Source of the DNA: Phoronis australis
Lineage: Eukaryota > Animalia > Phoronida
Direction: 5' to 3'
NCBI GenBank assembly: GCA_002633005.1
Contig: NMRA01000569.1
Coordinates: forward strand, 199,774 to 263,773
Length of the DNA: 64,000 bases
Shown here one piece after another: positions 58,835 through 64,000 of the stretch; within the stretch, counting starts at the first letter, position 1; each line of letters opens with the position of its first letter. A model generated the notes under the pieces. The model was not told the DNA's origin, made no database searches, and saw nothing but the letters and a program-made list of their open reading frames with translations. The translations under genes were made by a program, and so were the position numbers.

Positions 58835-59430
58835 CTCTCGAGTTCCGAATAGTCGTATCTATACGGTTATTTTTTTCAGACTCGTTTTCCGGTCTATACG
58901 ACGCTTATTCAGGTCTCTACGTTTATTAATTTACTAACCTTTTTCCGCTCTCCACGATTATTTGATTTAGCAAGTTCACATTTTTTGTTTCATTCAATAC
59001 AAATTTGTTACCCAAAAACTTCGCTGCTAACACCGGATATCGTACCTTGAAAAGTTTGTTATTCCAGTCTATATTATTTTTAATTTTCCACAAATTTCCG
59101 TCTATACCATTATTCCTTAGAATTTGCTGTTTTGCATTATTATTCTCTTCTATATCACAATTAGATTTTACCTAAATTTGTAATCAATATTATTATTCCA
59201 GTCTATACTATGTTTAAATTTCCACAAATTTGCCGTCTATACCATTATTCCATTCTATACTATTATTAATTTTTTCCGACAATTTCCGGTCTATACTTAT
59301 TATTCTACTTTTGTAGTAGCAAAGATGTTGGGTCTATACTGTTATTAAAGTCTCTACTATTATTAAAACTTGTGAAATTTTCCGGTCTATACTATTATTG
59401 CTGTCTCTACAACTATTCGGAACTCCAGAG
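58835..59430. mobile_element. Tc1/mariner/pogo-type MITE with TA TSD
   Basis: TA-CTCTCGAGTTCCGAATAGT...ACTATTCGGAACTCCAGAG-TA (18/19 TIR match); internal tctatactattatt-like repeats. Confidence 0.85.
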
Positions 59431-59499
59431 TACCCCTTTGCGTTGGCTCACAGACAAGCCCCATACCTCTGTGTGTTGGCTCACAGACAAGCCCCATAC

Positions 59500-60726
59500 C
59501 AGTGCTCGGCGCTATAAAAATCCCCAGGTCTCGATTTGCAATCTAGCCAAATCCCAGGTCGCATTTTAAAAATCCAGCTTGCATTCATAAATTACAGGTT
59601 GCAAAAACTTTCTGACATTTTTACACGCCAAAATTGATTTTTAGATTATACTCTTACCTGCAGGGTTAAATACTACCAAATTTTATGTTGCGAAATTGAG
59701 TGCATGCATGCACCAGTGTGCGACGTTACCAGTGTTCTCGACCGCCATCGAAATGCTCTGGGGGTGCATGTTGCAATGCGAAACATAGCCATGCCACCTG
59801 AGGTTCCCATAAGAGTTTTGTAGATATGCAGTTCTATGGTAGTCTACATCCTTTTGTGCTTTCCAGTGGCAGGTGACCCATCATGCATGTCCCTAGTGTT
59901 GCTTCTCCTTTGGAGGCATAAAACAAAGCTGGGATTTGGCTTTTGAATATTGAGAAAAAACGAGTTCTTTTAAATTGTGAATTGTTGCATATAATGAAAT
60001 TTTGTGTAACTATGGACTGCTTAAGTGTCAATTTCAAACCATTAGGATGTTTTTAATTCACCACAGGAGACACTTACCGAATACCATGTCATCGGCGACA
60101 ACTGCAGACATAATACTGCGACTCGAAATTGGTCTGGTTTCAGCACTTGAAATGCATCTTACAGTTTTGAAAATCAATTCAGTGAAGTAAAGGACAGGGG
60201 GAAGTTAAGCTGAAAATTGTAAAGCACCAGGTCTTTTAGAACCACTAGGGTCTAAGTTTGTTGTCAAATAAACACCCGGGCGCATAATTGAGCAGTACAC
60301 TATATTATACAGGCCTGTCACTGTTCTCTTTTGATGTGCAGCTTTGGAGTAGTGCACAGGCGTAAGTTCTCACACTTGAATTGCTGGAGTGCACGTTACA
60401 TCGCCAGTGATTGACAGATGAGCCGGTGCTTCCCAGAGAAAATTTTCAAAAGAAGATGAATTCTGCATTATCCCATGTTCACACGACATGTTTAGAAATC
60501 ATCGAGAGGGCTGTTCTCTGTTAGTGTTGTTTTGAACTTGGTTTGGCAACAACCAAGTAATTCCCAGATTCACTCGAGTTCCTTTGTGTTTGTCAAGTAG
60601 CTGCTGAGATGTATAAATACTCAGCTTGCAAGTTGCGACTTGGTTCGAGCTAGCCAAACTCTTATTTCACAATTCCAAATTTCCGGTTGCAAATGTGACC
60701 TGCAGCTTGTTATGTCACATATCACT
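59500..60726 (+). mobile_element. Degenerate hAT-like element; same family at 63926-64000 (runs off the window), related ends at about 6251-6750 and 34750-34830
   Basis: cagtgctcggcgcta...atcccaggtcgcatttt matches cagggctcgacgcta...atcccaggtcgcatttt. The right end is approximate. Confidence 0.6.
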
Positions 60727-61158
60727 ATGTGTCAGCTCACAGACAGGCCCCATACTCCTTTGTGTTGGCTTGCAGGCAGGCCCCATACTCCACTGTATTG
60801 TTGTGATTGGTTATGAGCTGTTGTAGTTGGTTGTCATAGAAACAGTGAGTGGCATACAGTCACTCGGCGACTCAATGACATTTAATATCGGCCCTACTGA
60901 GACAATTCTTGAATGTTTTTTAGCAGATGAGATCAACAAGTGCAAAATGAAACACATTCTTTTGTGTTAATTTCTTTAGTTAAAATGCAGATCTAGATTG
61001 TTACATCGCACTTACTCTGACAGATGAACTCGGATGACTTTCCCGTGCTCGCTCACTCACTGACGCCAGAACTTCAAAACAAATGTCACGCGACAACAAC
61101 ATGTGTTTGTCCAGAGATTTTCTCATGTTGCGGGGTACGATCTACCGCAGATTTGAAC

Positions 61159-62060
61159 GTGAAGGTGAAGGCAACCTTTTTTCATGTCGTTTTTAGCAAA
61201 AAATGGTTCGTTGATTATCCCAGACATATTTTTAATTTAATTACAGATTTTTGTAATTTAAACAATTACTCGTCCTTTACTCCAGAACTGACGTTTTGCG
61301 AGGCAAGTATTTCGCCTCAATTTTTTTCTTATATTCTGACTGTGAGAGCTCTAAGTCAGTCATTGTTCTACCTCTTGTTATTAGTTCGGTCGTCGTTTGC
61401 TTTTGTTTACTAGTCAGTCAACTTGCTACACTGTTGGTGTGTATCGAGATGTACTCATTATCGTCTCACAGACAGAGGAACAATTGTCCCACTTGCCCTA
61501 GTGTCCCGCGACACACTCCCACTGGATGATGACCTTAGCACACAAACTGTTTACATCCCGCCGTGTGACTCCCTCGCCACGCACCTGGCACCTTCTAAGT
61601 AACTCCAATACTTTAGACAAGTCTTCAATAAACTTATTAAAGTTTAGCTCACCGTTCGTTGGACGACAAACTGTCCTCTTCATTGGGTGTCAAACTGAGC
61701 CTGTATTCACTCCCTCTACTTAACATCCCAGCAGGGCTGCTTACAGGCTCTGGACGATAATGAGTACATCCCGGTACGCAGCAACAGTGTGGCATAGTGA
61801 CTGACGTGTAAACAAAAGCAAACGACAACCGAACTTGTCACAGCCGAGGTATAACAATGACTGACTCGACAGCTCTCGCAGTCACACTATATGAAAAGAA
61901 ATTAGAGCGAAATCCTTGCCTCCCAAAACGTCACTTCCGGAGTAAAGGACGAATAATTAAAGTACGAAAAGCTATAGTTAAGTGTAAAATGTGTCTGAGA
62001 TAATCAAAGAATCCTTATTTTTGCTAAAAATGACATTAAAAAGATTGCCTTTCCCTTTAA
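61159..62060. mobile_element. Kolobok-like non-autonomous element with about 260-bp imperfect TIRs
   Basis: 61160-61420 is mirrored by 61797-62060 (for example tcgtcctttactcc/ggagtaaaggacga and gtcgtttgcttttgtttac/gtaaacaaaagcaaacgac). The right end is ccctTTAA. Confidence 0.75.
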
Positions 62061-62872
62061 TATGGAGCTAATCCCGACTCCACAGGAACTTAAAAATCTT
62101 AGGGACGCTATTTTGGAAACTTAAGCACTTCAGATAATTTGTTGAGTCGAAACTATATTTTTATTTAAGAATTCAAGTTGACCTCTCTGCAATCACGAAG
62201 CAGGGACCCATTAGCCGGCGAGTTTTCGCCCTGGGATTTCAGCACGATTTTCTGAAAATGATCGTAATTTAACAATGAAGTTTGATAGCAGTTTTTCATC
62301 TCAGTTTTGTAGAAAGTCTATCATGGGTTACAGCTGCGTCACGGAGAGCAAATTTGATGAATCTTAGCTTACGATTTCTCATGTTTCGGAGACCAGGTTT
62401 CAACTACTTTGGGCTCAAGCCAATTTTTCTAAGCGCCCTGGGCACTTATTAGGGCTAATATGGTACTCAAGATTTTCTGATTTGATAAAAGCTCTTTGAT
62501 TGACCGAAAACTTAATGCACGTGTAATGATTTATCATTTATGGTACGTTGGTGTAATAGGCATCGTGGTTGTGGTTGTCGGTGTTCTTGGTTTCGTCATC
62601 AACCTCACCTCTAAATTCACATTTTATTTTGCCTAGTGTGACTCCTCAGACCGCTTTCATTAATATATCCTGTGGCATAACTTTATCTGAGCTTCTGTGT
62701 CCATCTATTGTAATAGTTGGCATGTATTCAGAAACATTGAATTAATCAACAAATGACACTTGGAAAAGCACTCAAGAATAACCCCTGAGAAGGGGCTCTG
62801 TCTACTTTTTGCTTTCACAAAGTTGGTTTGACATCAGCTTGTGCTTACTGAGTTGCGGTCTACCTGTTGACC

Positions 62873-63108
62873 TGCCCGTGACATGACATGCCCGTGACTC
62901 GACATGCCCGTGACTCGACTTGCCCGTGACTCGACGCGCCCGTGACTAGACACGCCCGTGACTCGACATGCCCGTGACTCGACTTGCCCGTGACTCGACG
63001 CGCCCGTGACTAGACACGCCCGTGACTCGACATGCGCGTGACTCGACATGCCCGTGAATCGACATGCCCATGAATCGACATGCCCGAGACTTGACATGCC
63101 CACGACAT
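62873..63108. repeat. 16-bp minisatellite, about 14 copies
   Basis: Unit gactcgacatgcccgt. Confidence 0.95.
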
Positions 63109-63925
63109 GTAAAGTTGGACAAATAAGACTGATGGGAAATATAAAGATGATGAAAACTTGAAAAAATAGTGTTAATATAGGTGATTTGGCAATAGTCACT
63201 TGCAGTATTCCTGATTTTGCTGGAACCAGTTTAATGCCTGTTATTCTGTGGAGAAAACTGGTTCTCCCAATGTTGGAGCACTGTAAGTGACTATTACCAG
63301 TGATTTTAAACTTCTCAAATTTGCAGTAACTAGAAAGGGCTCTTAGTTTACACTCGTGTCAAATCATTTCTCTAGAAGGAAATGAATTAGAGTTTTGCAC
63401 TTTAGAATCAAGTAATTGAATTACTGTTTTGATGTTATCATTTGACTTCTGGGAGCTGTAAGTCAAAAATGAAAATGTGTGATATTGATTGTAATGAGCA
63501 TTAAGTGTTTTAAGCATCATTACCACTGTCATGGTGTGTTATTACAAAATGTGGACTACATGAACTCTTGCATCATAGAAAAAGCTATACTGTAGCTGTA
63601 TTATTTTCTTAACTTGTCTGTAAACTTGTGTTTTTAAGTCATATGATCTCAAAAGAACATAAATATTAGATTTAAAATAGTTTTGCTCTATTCAAGCTTG
63701 TTTATTAAACTTCTCGATAATGTTTACAAACCTTTAACCTCAAGTGACCCCTTACTAACACTGCAAGGTTACTAATGAAAAGTTTTGGTTTTGTTTTTTT
63801 TTTTGAAATATTTTGCTTGAAATGGACAAAGAAAAATATTCCTGTTTACAGGTAATCCACAATGTCTTAGTTGTAGTCTGGACCCCTATGTTGATGTATC
63901 CTTAACTAATGCATTGTTTTGTAAG

Positions 63926-64000
63926 CAGGGCTCGACGCTAATAAAATCGCCAGGTCGCATTTTGCGACCTAGCCAAAATCCCAGGTCGCATTTTCAAAAT
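63926..64000 (+). mobile_element. Start of hAT-like MITE (truncated by window end)
   Basis: CAGGGCTCGACGCTA terminus with caggtcgcatttt subterminal repeats; homologous to 59500-59580. Confidence 0.65.

Larger units (their letters stand above)
58680..60790. repeat. 33-bp minisatellite split into three blocks (58680-58834, 59431-59499, about 60730-60790) by transposon insertions
   Basis: Unit tggctcacagacaagccccatacccctgtgtgt. Confidence 0.85.

Noticed and set aside
52700-64000. Protein-coding genes among the short ORFs
   Set aside because: No recognisable domains or consistent exon chain; the region is dominated by repeats. Small exons could have been missed by eye.

Overview
Intron-rich, AT-rich animal (probably invertebrate) genomic DNA, not prokaryotic. 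Most entries in the ORF track are spurious, so genes were reconstructed by hand from splice sites. There are four spliced genes in a ->,<-,->,<- layout. (1) GAR1, an H/ACA RNP subunit (+, 6894-11655), with a U12-type intron and two candidate intronic H/ACA RNAs. (2) A PH + RhoGAP + coiled-coil gene of the ARHGAP22/24/25 type (-, 13437-24511). (3) JNK (+, 29201-39631), head-to-head with the RhoGAP; its central kinase exons are absent, with a single-N assembly join at 36820 in the expected place. (4) An HSL-like/ICME-like alpha/beta hydrolase (-, 42140-50192) with two equal-length homologous exons that look mutually exclusive, plus a partial exon duplication next to a second N at 44535. The rest is non-autonomous DNA transposons with readable TIRs/TSDs, tRNA-derived SINEs, HINE/DINE-like elements, an LTR remnant and minisatellites. 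The best leads are the tandem H/ACA-like RNAs inside GAR1, the cap-swapping exons of the hydrolase, and a minisatellite that amplifies a JNK splice donor. All calls are by eye; no searches were run.
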